This document shows positions 30,283 through 32,000 of a stretch of 32,000 bases of DNA, piece by piece; position 1 is the first letter of the stretch, and each line of letters starts with the position of its first letter. Origin of the DNA: Hyperthermus butylicus DSM 5456. GTDB taxonomy: Archaea; Thermoproteota; Thermoprotei_A; Sulfolobales; Pyrodictiaceae. The position numbers were made by a program, and so were the translations under genes. The stretch spans positions 1,080,001-1,112,000 of the forward strand of contig NC_008818.1 of NCBI RefSeq assembly GCF_000015145.1, read 5' to 3'. The notes beneath the pieces are model-generated. The model saw only the letters and a program-made list of their open reading frames with translations, ran no database searches and was not told the origin of the DNA.

Positions 30283-32000
30283 CTAGAACTCCTCCTCTGC
30301 AGCAAGCCTCATCATTAGTTTGGATAGGTAGTGCCTTATCACTATGAGTATTACTGCCGAAATTACTATCATTATTATGACGTTGAGGTAGCGGAGTAGT
30401 AGCGTCTGTATCGTCGGCTGCAGGGCTAACGTTACCGTGTCATCGGTCGTCAGTAATATGCTGGTACATGCCTGCCGGTAGCCCTTAGCCACTGCACAGA
30501 CTTGGTAGTTCGCGTTAGATGGCAATACTGCGTCAACAGTTCCATCTACTCCTGTCATAAGGGTGGAGGAGAATACTACGTCCATACCAGCAATGTTTAC
30601 TGTTGCTGCTGCAAGGCCTTTACCCTGATCGTTTTCCACTACTATGTGCAGTGTCCGCGGGGTTCTGGCTAGAGCTATTTCTAGCGTAGTGTTTGAAGGC
30701 TTTATCGTTATATTTACTGGCTGGTAGAAGTTCCTAGCAGACTCTATTGTTAGTACGGACCCGTTAACGTGTACCAGCAGTGTTAGGGTCTGTGGGGGGC
30801 CCGGGCTTATTCTTGCTACCTCCACCCCGTCGAGACGGACCACTATGCTATCGACTATCCTGTTCTCGAGCGCCAACTTGTCTAGAATTTTCGCTGTGAC
30901 CGGCATCCTTACTGTTGGAAGCCTAATGTCTAGAACACTGTTATCCCTTGCAAGGTATACTTCTCTCTCAACAACATCGAATATCTTAAACCCAGTGTTG
31001 TCATACGGTAGTGGGTCTATATGCAAGCGATAAGTGCCCTTGACGAGTGTAATAGTTGCTGTTGCATTCAGTACTAGCACGCTGCGGATCTTTTCGTCCT
31101 CGACGCGGTCTATTGTAACCCTTGCTGTAACAGGTATGGTTTCATTGCCTACTACGCCGGTTAGTCGCAGCGTTAGCCTATATGTTACTGGTTCGAGCTG
31201 TATCTCGACTGCTGCACCATTGTCGGTTACGTTTACTGTCCTGGTTAGAGGCTTGAAGAATGGGTCCTCGCCCGCGGGGTGCAGCGGTGTTACCTCTATC
31301 GTCGCGCTGCCGCGGTGCTGTGTCTGGAAGGAGATCAAGTAGGGTCTATCAGCCTCAATACCGTAGAACTCTTGCTCGTATAGTACGCGGTTGTCGCCCA
31401 CCACCCTTAGCCTTATACCATCGCCTTTCGGTGTTGTATATTGCGATGCCAGTGTCACTATGACTGCAACGTTTATCCTTTCAAGGGTTACTATTACGTC
31501 CCTATCAGAGTCCATGCAGATTCTCGTTGTTGCCTCCCGGTAGAGTCCACCCCCGACTTCTCGCACGACGATAGTGTAGTTGCCGGGAAGTAGTTCGCTT
31601 AGCTCTATGCTCCTTGTGCCCGAGGGGTAGGTTGCGCTTATGGTTCTGGATCTCTTTTCGTCTATCAGCTGTACTGTGAGGTTGCGTATTGGCGGCTTAT
31701 TGGTATAGCTATCTACGAGGTGTAATACCAACGTGAACCTCTTATAGGGGACTGTGAGTGTTACATTACTCTTGCCCGCGCATAGTATTTTGTAGCTGCT
31801 TGGCTCGTAGATAGGCTCTTTAGGAGCTACAGTGATCTCTAGTATGCCTGGCTCCATGCATGGTGCTTCTATTGTTGGTCCGGCCTCCACGTATGATATG
31901 CTGTCTACAACCGTATTGTTTACGTAGAGTGTTGCCGCGACTGTGAGGTTTTCAAGTGGCTCGCCGTCTTCGTTAACGAAGCTTATTGACAGCGTTCTAA
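30283..32000 (-). CDS. Large extracellular beta-rich protein with a C-terminal TM anchor (partial; N-terminus beyond the right edge)
   Basis: The frame stays open from 31890 up to 32000: hand translation gives ...FVNEDGEPLENLTVAATLYVNNTVVDSISYVEAGP..., so the track's GTG at 31890 is internal. It contains repeated ~90-aa beta-sandwich-like segments and 9+2 N-x-S/T sequons. The C-terminal helix is 'LNVIIMIVISAVILIVI', followed by a charged tail. Confidence 0.6.
   Translation of the reverse strand, partial: RTLSISFVNEDGEPLENLTVAATLYVNNTVVDSISYVEAGPTIEAPCMEPGILEITVAPKEPIYEPSSYKILCAGKSNVTLTVPYKRFTLVLHLVDSYTNKPPIRNLTVQLIDEKRSRTISATYPSGTRSIELSELLPGNYTIVVREVGGGLYREATTRICMDSDRDVIVTLERINVAVIVTLASQYTTPKGDGIRLRVVGDNRVLYEQEFYGIEADRPYLISFQTQHRGSATIEVTPLHPAGEDPFFKPLTRTVNVTDNGAAVEIQLEPVTYRLTLRLTGVVGNETIPVTARVTIDRVEDEKIRSVLVLNATATITLVKGTYRLHIDPLPYDNTGFKIFDVVEREVYLARDNSVLDIRLPTVRMPVTAKILDKLALENRIVDSIVVRLDGVEVARISPGPPQTLTLLVHVNGSVLTIESARNFYQPVNITIKPSNTTLEIALARTPRTLHIVVENDQGKGLAAATVNIAGMDVVFSSTLMTGVDGTVDAVLPSNANYQVCAVAKGYRQACTSILLTTDDTVTLALQPTIQTLLLRYLNVIIMIVISAVILIVIRHYLSKLMMRLAAEEEF

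Noticed and set aside
1-32000. Search for CRISPR arrays, rRNA or tRNA genes, transposases, integrases and long terminal or inverted repeats
   Set aside because: I saw no regularly spaced direct repeats, no cloverleaf-compatible sequence and no recombinase-like ORF. For example, 'ggttcgagg' at 87..95 lies inside the membrane-protein ORF and has no matching T-stem or acceptor stem. This rests on reading alone; tRNAscan or Infernal should confirm it.

Overview
This looks like a gene-dense (about 90% coding) chromosomal segment from a hyperthermophilic archaeon, probably a crenarchaeote of the Desulfurococcales type. That assignment is an inference from three things: archaea-specific genes (aIF2-beta, NMD3, PAC2/PbaA-like, DUF373, DUF424, COG1340-type coiled coil), about 55-58% G+C in coding lines, and AT-rich TATA-like boxes about 25 nt upstream of starts, many of them GTG or TTG. 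I call about 38 CDS, mostly housekeeping: rpiA, uppS, surE, speH-type AdoMetDC, phosphohexomutase, MtaB-type methylthiotransferase and a MoaD-like protein. I found no rRNA, tRNA, CRISPR array, transposase or integrase. The best candidate for something new is a three-gene minus-strand operon at 26747..29620: an MprF-flippase-family membrane protein, a PIG-A-like GT4 and a CE4 deacetylase. It reads like a prokaryotic version of GPI steps 1-3, i.e. GlcN-archaetidylinositol synthesis and flipping. Other points of interest: an active-site-diverged PNP/MTAN-fold protein in an operon with a small helical and a membrane protein, divergent from speH; a COG1205/MrfA-like helicase lacking the Cys cluster, TAATG-coupled to a 90-aa ORF; a MoaD(GG)-MtaB pair; an 860-bp gene-free low-GC gap; an AbrB-like 52-aa ORF absent from the track; a small metzincin-like ORF with a one-residue insertion; and several long convergent gene overlaps. 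All family calls come from motif recognition by eye, with no searches run.
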